DNA of 64,000 nt, taken from NCBI GenBank assembly GCA_965279515.1, contig CBDIID010000003.1, positions 4,096,001 to 4,160,000 of the forward strand, in the 5' to 3' direction. The DNA comes from Turneriella sp. (GTDB taxonomy: Bacteria; Spirochaetota; Leptospiria; Turneriellales; Turneriellaceae). How positions within the stretch are numbered: position 1 is the stretch's first letter; each line of letters opens with the position of its first letter. This document shows, in pieces, positions 30,218-38,169 of this stretch. Both the position numbers and the translations under genes were made by a program. The notes beneath the pieces are model-generated. The model saw only the letters and a list, made by a program, of their open reading frames with translations, was not told the DNA's origin and did not search any database.

Positions 30218-30580
30218 GTGAAAATTCTCGTGGTTGAAGATGATCCAGCCACCCAGTTTTTACTGAAGATTTGGCTTGAACCATTGGGGGAGATTTTTAT
30301 CTGTAATCACGGCGGAGAGGCATGGGAAATCCTTACCGGCGGGGCCATGTTCGACTTAATCGTGACGGATCACGAAATGCCTTGGCTAACCGGAAGAGCC
30401 CTGGTCGAGAAGATCCGCTCCGAGAAAAAATTTGATGGGATTCCAATTATTATGGTAACCGCGTCCATCGATCCTTTGGAAGTAGATGACCTGAAGATCC
30501 ACGGCTTTTTTGAGAAACCGATCAAACCAGAGGCCTTAATTGCCGCCGCACAAGGTGCTATGCGGAGCTCAGGACTCTAA
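30218..30580 (+). CDS. Single-domain response regulator
   Basis: VKILVVEDD, TDHEMP, EKP; GTG start inferred. Confidence 0.85.
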   Translation: MKILVVEDDPATQFLLKIWLEPLGEIFICNHGGEAWEILTGGAMFDLIVTDHEMPWLTGRALVEKIRSEKKFDGIPIIMVTASIDPLEVDDLKIHGFFEKPIKPEALIAAAQGAMRSSGL

Positions 30581-31729
30581 TTCCGGAATATACTGCGGCT
30601 CGTCTTTATTGGGGGACGCCGCACGGTAGGCCTTAAGTGCCCGAACGGTTGCCCGCCGCTCACGGCTGAGAAAAGCGCCGATAGCCTCTGCACCCTGGGG
30701 ATGAAAAAGCTTATGGCTGCTATAGACGGGCATTGCGGTGAAGCCCCGCTGGAATTTATGTTCGCCCTGCGCCCCAGCCTCAAAAAGCGAAATCTTCTCT
30801 GCAATGGCAAAATCGATCAGCCGGTAAAAACAAAGTTCAAAGTGCAGATAAGGGTAATGCGCCGCGGCGCCCCAGTAGCGCCCGAACAGGCGGTCATCCT
30901 TGCGGAAGGCGATCGAACCCGCAACCCAGGCTTTACCTTCGCGTGCCAGCACCAGAACAAGCTGATCTGCCATACACTGGCGCAGCAATAAAAAACATTC
31001 GAGGTTGAGATAGGGGGATCCCCACTTGCGGGAGTAGGTCTGGATATAAAATGTATACATGGCACGCATATGCTCTTCAGAAATTGCCTCGCCGGTAAGC
31101 GTCACAATTTCCAGTCCGAGTTCGCTGCATTTACGGCGTTCGCGTTTGATCTCTTTGCGGCGGTGAGAGCGCAGTTGCGCCAGGTAGTCCTCAAAATCCT
31201 GGAATCCCCGGTTCAACCAATGGTACTGGTGCGTGAGACGGGGCATGTAGCCGAATTCAGAAAGCAGTTTTTGTTCTGCGCGGGTCAGGCAGAGAAAATG
31301 AATTCCTGAGGCGCCTGTGGCCTCGGCCTCGTCGAGTTTTTCAATGAGTCCTCGTGCAAGACCGGCAGCGTCACTGCCCACGAGAATGCGCCGGCCCGAG
31401 GCTGGAGTAAAGGGCGCCGCTACGGTAATTTTCGGGTAATATCTCAGCCCGCCCTGTTCATAGGCATTGGCCCATGCCCAGTCGAAAATATATTCGCCGT
31501 AAGAGTCGCCGCGCAGGTAGGCGGGAATCACTCCCACCAGTTGATCATCTGCGAATGCCGCGCTAAAGGCCGTCAACCAGCCGCTTTTTTTACCGGTGCA
31601 GCCGGTTTCCTCGAGCGCTGAGAGAAATTCATGGCGCATAAAAGGATTACCCGCTTCGACGAGCGTATTCCACGCATCGGGATGAATTTCCTTTATGGAA
31701 GTCAGGCGCCTGAATGTGTATTTAGCCAA
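30569..31729 (-). CDS. FemAB-like GNAT protein (DUF482 type)
   Basis: NPF..HEFLSALE, SYGEYIFDWAWA, GRYWG, HFELCFY, EAGAQGEHK. Confidence 0.88.
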   Translation of the reverse strand: MAKYTFRRLTSIKEIHPDAWNTLVEAGNPFMRHEFLSALEETGCTGKKSGWLTAFSAAFADDQLVGVIPAYLRGDSYGEYIFDWAWANAYEQGGLRYYPKITVAAPFTPASGRRILVGSDAAGLARGLIEKLDEAEATGASGIHFLCLTRAEQKLLSEFGYMPRLTHQYHWLNRGFQDFEDYLAQLRSHRRKEIKRERRKCSELGLEIVTLTGEAISEEHMRAMYTFYIQTYSRKWGSPYLNLECFLLLRQCMADQLVLVLAREGKAWVAGSIAFRKDDRLFGRYWGAAAHYPYLHFELCFYRLIDFAIAEKISLFEAGAQGEHKFQRGFTAMPVYSSHKLFHPQGAEAIGAFLSRERRATVRALKAYRAASPNKDEPQYIPELES

Positions 31730-32504
31730 ATCGAACCGAAGTCATGGTGATCGCGCCGCCGACGGGCTCTGCGTTAAAATATTCTGCTTTTTCTGCCGGA
31801 TGGCTGAGGCCCAGAATGTAGAGCAGCGGCACATAGTGCTCCGCGCTGTTGATGGCGGTCTCTGCGCTTTTGCCGAGCGACTTCCAGTCGATGAGCCGCT
31901 GCCAGTCTTTTGCGTTGATGAGTTTGACGACGAGGCTGTCGGCCTCGCGTGCCCAGTCATGCGCGTAACCGGTCTCGTTCAGCCGCGCCCAGTCGACGAG
32001 ACGCAGGTTGTGCACGATATTGCCGCTGCCGATAAAGAGGATTCCCTTGTCGCGGAGCGGCCGCAATTTTTCACCGATCTTGAAGAACATATCCGGCGAC
32101 GCCGCCGCGTCGATCGATAGCTGTAAGACCGGTACATCGGCGGCCGCATGCATATGGACAAGCACGCTCCAGGTGCCGTGATCGAGGCCCCAGTCTTCCG
32201 TCAGAGTGGCTGCGCAAGTACCCACAAGTGCCCTTTTCAACTCCTCTGCGACTTCGGGTGAACCGGGAGCCGGGTACTGAACTGCGAAAAGCTCTTGCGG
32301 AAAACCGCCAAAATCGTGTATGGTTTTTGGTTTTTTATTCGAGGTGATCTGGGTACCGCGTGTCAGCCAGTGCGCGGAGATACAGACGACGGCGCGGGGT
32401 TGCGGCAGCGCTGCGCCGATTTTTTTCCAGGTTGCAGAAAATCCGTTATTCTCAATCGCATTCATCGGCGAGCCGTGGCCGATGAAAAAAACGGGAAGTT
32501 TCAG
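31722..32504 (-). CDS. ygiD: 4,5-DOPA extradiol dioxygenase (YgiD-like)
   Basis: Upstream extension LKLPVFFIGHGSPMNA, ISAHW, IHDFGGFP, GLDHGTW, GSGNIVHNL, EHYVPL; CTG start after AGGAGG. Confidence 0.88.
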   Translation of the reverse strand: MKLPVFFIGHGSPMNAIENNGFSATWKKIGAALPQPRAVVCISAHWLTRGTQITSNKKPKTIHDFGGFPQELFAVQYPAPGSPEVAEELKRALVGTCAATLTEDWGLDHGTWSVLVHMHAAADVPVLQLSIDAAASPDMFFKIGEKLRPLRDKGILFIGSGNIVHNLRLVDWARLNETGYAHDWAREADSLVVKLINAKDWQRLIDWKSLGKSAETAINSAEHYVPLLYILGLSHPAEKAEYFNAEPVGGAITMTSVRFG

Positions 32505-32513
32505 GCTACCTCC

Positions 32514-32786
32514 TCATTCAGTGAATGAAACCTGCATCTGCAGGCCGCCCGCTGCCTCTTGCATCGAAGAGTAGAGGTTGTTGCTCGTGGCGTCGTCGTC
32601 CCACCACGTTGCCGTTAGGGCAAAAGCGCCGATAAACAGGGCCGATACAAACGCCATGATGCGCACACGCACATGTGTGCGGTCTTTGCGCTCGTTTTCG
32701 ATACGCGCGTGCATTTTGCGGTCCCACTCGCCGCTATGCAGCCGCATGCTGAATTCGTTTCCCATGGATTGTTTTTTTTGTTTCAT
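32514..32786 (-). CDS. Small single-TM protein, probable anti-sigma factor
   Basis: Directly downstream of the ECF sigma; basic N-terminus plus one TM. Confidence 0.55.
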   Translation of the reverse strand: MKQKKQSMGNEFSMRLHSGEWDRKMHARIENERKDRTHVRVRIMAFVSALFIGAFALTATWWDDDATSNNLYSSMQEAAGGLQMQVSFTE

Positions 32787-32793
32787 GTTGTCC

Positions 32794-33297
32794 TCAAGCC
32801 GCCTGCACGATTCGTTCCCTAAGCAGGGCCAGACCGCGCGACAAGCGCGATTTCACCGTGCCGGGTTTTATTTCCAGTCTTTCTACAATTTCGCGCGCCG
32901 AAAACCCCATCAGTGTCAGTTCGACCACCCGGGCATAGTGTTCGGGTATATGGCGCAGTTCGTCGATAACCTGCGCCGTCATTTCAGCGAGGCCCTCTTC
33001 CTGGGGTGGCGCCACATTCCAACGGCGGCGTTCCCCCTCGATAAACCGTTCTGCTTTCAGCTCTTCGCGGTGGCAGCGCGAGTTCATGCGCAGCGATTCG
33101 TTTTTCGCGATGGTGTACATATAAGAGCGCAGTTTACTCTGTTCCTTGAGTTTGCCCTTGGTGAGGGCCCGGTAGGCCCGCAGGTAGACTTCTTGCGCGA
33201 CATCGTCGATCGCGTAGGCAAACTTGGCATCGAGGTGCCTGCGGATCGACGCCAGTACCGGGCGCTTCGTCTCCGCAATGATTTCTGAAAACTCCAC
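32794..33297 (-). CDS. ECF RNA polymerase sigma factor
   Basis: DDVAQEVYLRAY, YMYTIAKN, GTVKSRLSRG. Confidence 0.9.
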   Translation of the reverse strand: MEFSEIIAETKRPVLASIRRHLDAKFAYAIDDVAQEVYLRAYRALTKGKLKEQSKLRSYMYTIAKNESLRMNSRCHREELKAERFIEGERRRWNVAPPQEEGLAEMTAQVIDELRHIPEHYARVVELTLMGFSAREIVERLEIKPGTVKSRLSRGLALLRERIVQAA

Positions 33298-33311
33298 CTG
33301 TTCAGCGCCTG

Positions 33312-33761
33312 TTATTTTTCGCCGGAGAATTTTTTTTCGTATTTGAGCAGCGCATCCGCTGCTTTTATGCGCTGTTCGGGTGTCAGCACTTTGTGCAGCT
33401 CGGCAATCTTATCGAGAAAGAGTTCTTCTGCAGAATCGCGCAGGGCAACATGGCGTTTTTTAAGGTCGGCAAGTTTCGTGCGATCGATGTTCTGCGCCCT
33501 GACGATCTCTGTCAGGGTTTTAAACTGTGCATCGCGTTCTGTTTTATCGGCATTGTGTTTTGCCAGCATTTCTTCTTTAATTCTGGTCAACGTGCCGATC
33601 TGCGCCTGGTTTAATTCCAGTTCCTTGGTGATGCGCTTGGCGATCGTCTCTGCCCGTTCTTCTGGTGTCCTATTTTTCCAGGGCTTGCAGTAAACAAATA
33701 CCGTGGCAAAAAAAACAGCCCCCAGCACCAGAAAGAAGCGTTTTGTGCTGTATGTGCTCAT
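33312..33761 (-). CDS. Spy/CpxP-family periplasmic chaperone (lipoprotein)
   Basis: LELNQAQ and VLTPEQR motifs; signal ending FVYC; GGAG before MSTYSTK. Confidence 0.8.
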   Translation of the reverse strand: MSTYSTKRFFLVLGAVFFATVFVYCKPWKNRTPEERAETIAKRITKELELNQAQIGTLTRIKEEMLAKHNADKTERDAQFKTLTEIVRAQNIDRTKLADLKKRHVALRDSAEELFLDKIAELHKVLTPEQRIKAADALLKYEKKFSGEK

Positions 33762-33784
33762 CGGGTTATGCTCCATAATATATG

Positions 33785-33811
33785 TAGACCGTAAATATAA
33801 GTATAAGTTCC
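33785..33811 (-). promoter_or_regulatory. ECF/sigmaE-type promoter of the spy-sigma operon
   Basis: Minus strand GGAACTT (33811-33805), 15 nt, then GTCTA (33789-33785). Confidence 0.7.
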
Positions 33812-33839
33812 CGGAAAGACCGGATTTTTTAACGCTTCG

Positions 33840-35111
33840 TTACTTATCGAGCAGGATAATTTCGACGCGCCGGTTCTTTGCCCGCCCCTCGGCCGTGGTA
33901 TTGTCGGCCACAGGGTCTTTGGCTCCCTTACCGTCATAACTCATGCCGTCGGGGTTGAGCTCCGCGCTGTCGATCAGGTATTCGGCGACGCGCTCAGCCC
34001 GCTTCTCCGACAATGTCAGATTGTAGGTCTCGTCGCCGGTCGTATCGGTGTGGCCGCGCACGCGGATATGCTTCGCATCGGAAATTTTGAGGATCTGGCC
34101 GACCCGGTCGAGTGCTTCTTTTGCGGGTTTACTCAGTTTCGTACTGTCGGTGTCGAAAAAAACATCGGGGAGCGAGATCGCCACACCCTGATCGGTGACA
34201 CGCACGCTCAGCTCGGGATTATCCTTTTCGATGGATTCCTTGAGTTTTGCGGCAAGATCGACCTTGGCGGTTTCGGTACGCCCCCGGAACTTTCGGTAGT
34301 AGCTGCGGCTTTTGATTTTGAATTCGTTGGCCATGCCCTGTTCATTGACGATGATAACATTATACTCTTCCGTAGCGTAGTAGGGTATCCCCTGCGCGGC
34401 ATCCCAGAACCAGACCGCGGTGACATAACCGAAGACGCGCGGGCCTCCCGGGTCGTCACCGCCGTATGAGAGTTCGTAGTTGGAGATAAATTTGTGGCAG
34501 TTTTTTTCTCCCTCTTCGGATTTTACGTTTTCAACACCACGGTACTCGTAGCGCACACTGAATGGCACCGAGATCAGTGAAGCAAAACGCATGACTTCTT
34601 CGCCGGGTCTTTCCCACGTGGCACCGACCTCAAGCCCGGCCTCGCCCGTCAGCGCGGGATCGCGGTTTTCGGTAAAGGTTGGCACCGAGCGGATGTTTGG
34701 CATGTATTGGCTTTTGTCGACGACGAACTCGCCGCGGGGTTTCAGGAAAAAACTTGCGGTATATTTTTCCGATTCGCCGTAGGCATTCTTGGCATCGGCG
34801 CCGCGGATGAGACTGACGAAAGTACCTTCGAGCGGATAACCCCTGACAGGATCAGGATTTTTTGCTTCGAGCAACACGCGGTGGAATACCGAACGCTTCT
34901 GCGAAATTTTGCCGACTTTGATGGTTTGCTCTGAAAATTTTTTGAGTTCGAGAATCTCACCGGCGGCAAACTGCCAGCGCAGGATTTTCCCTTTGGCTTC
35001 GGCATAGATATCGATCGCGGGCTTTTTTTCAGGCTTCGCCCCGCGCGGGGCGGGGTAAAGCCCTGCTGCACAGATGAGGAAGATAACCGTAGCAGTGCTG
35101 TGCTTAGGCAT
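33840..35111 (-). CDS. OmpA-family protein
   Basis: Signal peptide; C-terminal FDTDS, GHTD, NLTLSEKRA, NRRVEI. Confidence 0.9.
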   Translation of the reverse strand: MPKHSTATVIFLICAAGLYPAPRGAKPEKKPAIDIYAEAKGKILRWQFAAGEILELKKFSEQTIKVGKISQKRSVFHRVLLEAKNPDPVRGYPLEGTFVSLIRGADAKNAYGESEKYTASFFLKPRGEFVVDKSQYMPNIRSVPTFTENRDPALTGEAGLEVGATWERPGEEVMRFASLISVPFSVRYEYRGVENVKSEEGEKNCHKFISNYELSYGGDDPGGPRVFGYVTAVWFWDAAQGIPYYATEEYNVIIVNEQGMANEFKIKSRSYYRKFRGRTETAKVDLAAKLKESIEKDNPELSVRVTDQGVAISLPDVFFDTDSTKLSKPAKEALDRVGQILKISDAKHIRVRGHTDTTGDETYNLTLSEKRAERVAEYLIDSAELNPDGMSYDGKGAKDPVADNTTAEGRAKNRRVEIILLDK

Positions 35112-35185
35112 AGTCTGTTAAGTTGTACAAAACCATAAATTCCGGTTCTCTTTTAAATACGGCAAGAACGCAGCCGTAGGCCAGA

Positions 35186-35378
35186 ATAATTGCGTATCAG
35201 GACAAGCGAATTATGTCACCTGATGGTCAGGATGACCTCAGGCTGGCGCCGTCAAGGATGACGTCCATGCGCCAGCTCGGAAACAGGAGGTTTCGAACCT
35301 GTCGCCGCCAAGGATGGCGTCTTCGCGACAGGCGGAAACAGGAGGTTTCGAACCTGTCGCCGCCATGGATGGCATCTT
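35186..35378 (+). ncRNA. Candidate CsrA/RsmA-sponge-like RNA or REP cluster (array of GGA-loop hairpins)
   Basis: Seven AGGA/ATGGA loop hairpins; 46-nt direct repeat at 35278-35323 and 35333-35378. Confidence 0.45.
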
Positions 35379-36423
35379 AGCGGCTGGGTATGGAAGGCTG
35401 TTTCCGCTGCAGCATGCCAGTCAGCGTCGCTGTCATAAGTTCGCCGGTAACTCCTGACAGACACTGCCATGCCACCGGATTGGTGCAGGTCACCTTGCCT
35501 GGCAATTTCGTGCACGGGCGGCAGGGAAAATCACCGGCAAGCACCCGCGCGCGGGTAGCAAAGGGTTGCCACACGCGTTCATTCAGGGGGCCGAATAGAC
35601 TGAGGCCCGGCACGGCGCAGAGCGCGGCGATATTCAGCGCCTCGGCGTCCGTGCCCGTCACCCAGGCGGCCTCACGTGTGATGGCGATTTTTTGTTCCGT
35701 GCTCGGATGCATAATGAGCTCGGTGACGGCGACCGCGCGTTCGGTCATTGCCTGGCTCAGGTGCCGGGCGAGTTCCTGCGCAGGCAGTGTCTGTTGTGCG
35801 TCGTCTGCCGACGAACTAATCAGCAACATTAGGTGCAGGTTGCGCGCAGACAGGTTGATGAATTTTGTCAGCTGAATCTTCAGCTGTTCCGTCGCCATAT
35901 CTGCCGTGTCGACCGCGATCACGCCGTAACTTTCCTTGGGCAGGTTTATGTTTCCAATCCCTGCTGGCAGTTCCGGTTTTTTCCAGTCGGTAATTTTCTC
36001 CCCGACCAGGTATTCAAAAAAAATCTTCAATTGATGGACATAATGGTGGTTCTCAGTATTAAAAGGCAATGAGTAGTTGAGCGTAGAGAAACCTTTCAGC
36101 GGCGCAAAGCCGGCGCGGTGCTTCAGGAATAACAGCCGCGCCGCCCACTTAAGCGGGCGGTCGGCTTTGGGGTTCGGGTTCAGAAAAACCACCGTGCTGT
36201 ATCTCGCCCGGAAGAAAAACCGCAGGCTGGCGAAAAAACCGACGGGGACAGAAACGGGATTTGCCCAGTGTTCCGTCAGCGCGTGGATACCGTTCACATC
36301 AGGCCTGATGGAAAAGCGGTCGCCCCATAATTTCAGAAAGTAGGGAATGAATGCGTTATAACGCGCATCGAGCGACGAGACGATCAGGGTTTTGGCCGGA
36401 AACTGGATACGTTTGAATTTCAT
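35377..36423 (-). CDS. Glycosyltransferase family 9 (heptosyltransferase-like), divergent
   Basis: RAGF, HHYVH, GTDAEALNIAA, LFGP..W.P, PCRPC...C. Confidence 0.7.
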   Translation of the reverse strand: MKFKRIQFPAKTLIVSSLDARYNAFIPYFLKLWGDRFSIRPDVNGIHALTEHWANPVSVPVGFFASLRFFFRARYSTVVFLNPNPKADRPLKWAARLLFLKHRAGFAPLKGFSTLNYSLPFNTENHHYVHQLKIFFEYLVGEKITDWKKPELPAGIGNINLPKESYGVIAVDTADMATEQLKIQLTKFINLSARNLHLMLLISSSADDAQQTLPAQELARHLSQAMTERAVAVTELIMHPSTEQKIAITREAAWVTGTDAEALNIAALCAVPGLSLFGPLNERVWQPFATRARVLAGDFPCRPCTKLPGKVTCTNPVAWQCLSGVTGELMTATLTGMLQRKQPSIPSR

Positions 36424-37511
36424 AGAGTTTCTGCGCTCAGTTGCGTCCGGTCCGGAAAAACAATACGCGATGCGAGTCCGGGTGAATCCGCATCCAGGTA
36501 AACCAGGGTCTGTCTTCTTTGGCGGGGCGAAAGTTTCTTTTCGCTGAAAATTTTGGCGACCGATTTTTTGCCATAGGGCTGCCGAATCGCATGCGAGCGG
36601 GTAACCGCGTTGCCGCGAATGAAGGTGCCGGTTTCTGCTGCAGGTAAACCCATATCCTGCCCCAGACCGCGGCGGAATATGATGAGAGCGGTACTTCCGC
36701 TATTTTCAAGATGCGCAAAAAAAGGCGGTAGTGCGAAGGGCAATTTGTGGGCGCGCGAAAAATGGCTGCGTGTGAACTTGCGCACAATGGCGAGACGGCG
36801 GAAAGCAGAGAAAGTTGTGCGGGCTTGTTCGGTTGTAGAGAGAGCGTTCCACTTGGTAAGGGGAAGGCGGAGTTCTCGGGTTTGCCCCTCCCCAGCACAA
36901 CAAGTCTCCTCCCCCAGACTTGGGGGAGGACGGGAGGGGGCGATTGGGGCGTTTCTTACCCGATTTCGCGCAAAGCGCAAATCTCCATTCGCCGGATCTT
37001 CAAACCAGCTAAGGCCCAATGTGATGAGCTGCCCACGCACTTCTTCGCGCGTCAGGCGATAGAGCGGGCGCAAGAAACCCGTATTTTCGTCGCGATCCGA
37101 TAATGCCGGCAGAAATGCGTCCGGAATTTTACGCTCGCGGCGCAGCGCCATCGTTTCCCGGTAATCGGAATAATGGTGCCCGGTTACGATAGCTGAACCC
37201 GGTGTCATACGGCGTAAACGGAGCAGGCGCTTGCGGCGTATGAGCGAAGCGGTATGCTCCCAGCTGTAACCAAGGCGTTTTGCGGTGGCGTTTACATCCG
37301 CCTCATCGCTCAGCAAGCGCGCCTGCGGAAAACGTTGCTGCATGGCTTCGAACACTCTCTGGCGTTCCGGTTCGATAGGGGTGTTATAGTGGTGGAGGTA
37401 CCAAAGCAGGAACGGTTTGCCCGTTTCTGCCGCGGTGTGTGCGGCGAGTACGCTGTCTGCCCCGCCCGAAAATGCTACGATGAAAATCTCTGCGTCGGAC
37501 GGCAGGCTCAA
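36420..37511 (-). CDS. tilS: tRNA(Ile)-lysidine synthetase (PP-loop), divergent
   Basis: AFSGGADS, TGHHYSD, RPL, EDPAN..FARNRVR; follows pth. Confidence 0.75.
   Translation of the reverse strand: MSLPSDAEIFIVAFSGGADSVLAAHTAAETGKPFLLWYLHHYNTPIEPERQRVFEAMQQRFPQARLLSDEADVNATAKRLGYSWEHTASLIRRKRLLRLRRMTPGSAIVTGHHYSDYRETMALRRERKIPDAFLPALSDRDENTGFLRPLYRLTREEVRGQLITLGLSWFEDPANGDLRFARNRVRNAPIAPSRPPPSLGEETCCAGEGQTRELRLPLTKWNALSTTEQARTTFSAFRRLAIVRKFTRSHFSRAHKLPFALPPFFAHLENSGSTALIIFRRGLGQDMGLPAAETGTFIRGNAVTRSHAIRQPYGKKSVAKIFSEKKLSPRQRRQTLVYLDADSPGLASRIVFPDRTQLSAETL
36884..36941. repeat. G/C-rich palindromic element inside tilS
   Basis: gcccctccc...gggaggggg flanks with inner tcctccccca-gact-tgggggagga hairpin. 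Confidence 0.65.
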
Positions 37512-38137
37512 GCGTTAGCTTTGCTGAACTTGGCGCCGAGTTTGAAGCGCGCGAGTACGTCTTTGATGTCCTGGGTGAGAATCGAGCGCAACGCAGCTTC
37601 AGCATCGTTGATGACTTCGATGATCTTCATGTTCTCTTCAAGCGTAAAATCCGAGAGCATGAACGCTTTGATTTCATTGTCTTTCGGCGTCGCCAGTTCT
37701 TTGCCGCGGATCCTCACAGGGCCAACGCCCATGCGGATGCGCACAAATTTATCGGACTTAAGGCCGCGAGCAATCGATTCAACGCCGATGTTGGGAATCT
37801 CGGGAGGACCCTGTGCCACGACGACTTCGCCGTACTTCATCGTGATATCGTCGTGGACAACGATGATGTTGGCGACCTGTACGCGCAGAAACGAAGCGAT
37901 GTAGAGCACAGCTTCGCCCGAAAGGTCCATGAAGGTTTGGGGCTTCAGGAGCACAATATCATGCCCCTCGAAGTCGCCCTGGCCCAAAAGGGATTTTTTC
38001 TTTTTGGTCTTGATCTGAATACCGGTGTTGTTCGCCAAAACATCGACGACTTTAAAGCCGATGTTCTTGCGGTTGTTCATGTACCGGTCCCCGGGATTAC
38101 CGAGGCCGATCACCAGTTTCAGGTTAGACAGTGCCAT
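37508..38137 (-). CDS. pth: Peptidyl-tRNA hydrolase homologue with substituted active site
   Basis: GLGNPG, NIGF, LLKPQTFM, VVHDD, RIRMGVG; synteny prs-rplY-pth-tilS. Confidence 0.85.
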   Translation of the reverse strand: MALSNLKLVIGLGNPGDRYMNNRKNIGFKVVDVLANNTGIQIKTKKKKSLLGQGDFEGHDIVLLKPQTFMDLSGEAVLYIASFLRVQVANIIVVHDDITMKYGEVVVAQGPPEIPNIGVESIARGLKSDKFVRIRMGVGPVRIRGKELATPKDNEIKAFMLSDFTLEENMKIIEVINDAEAALRSILTQDIKDVLARFKLGAKFSKANA

Positions 38138-38169
38138 GCGTTGCGTTAGCGATTAGGCCGCCTGCAAAA

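Noticed and set aside
35278..35378. Direct repeat as a CRISPR array
   Set aside because: Only two 46-nt copies separated by 9 nt; no unique spacers and no cas genes
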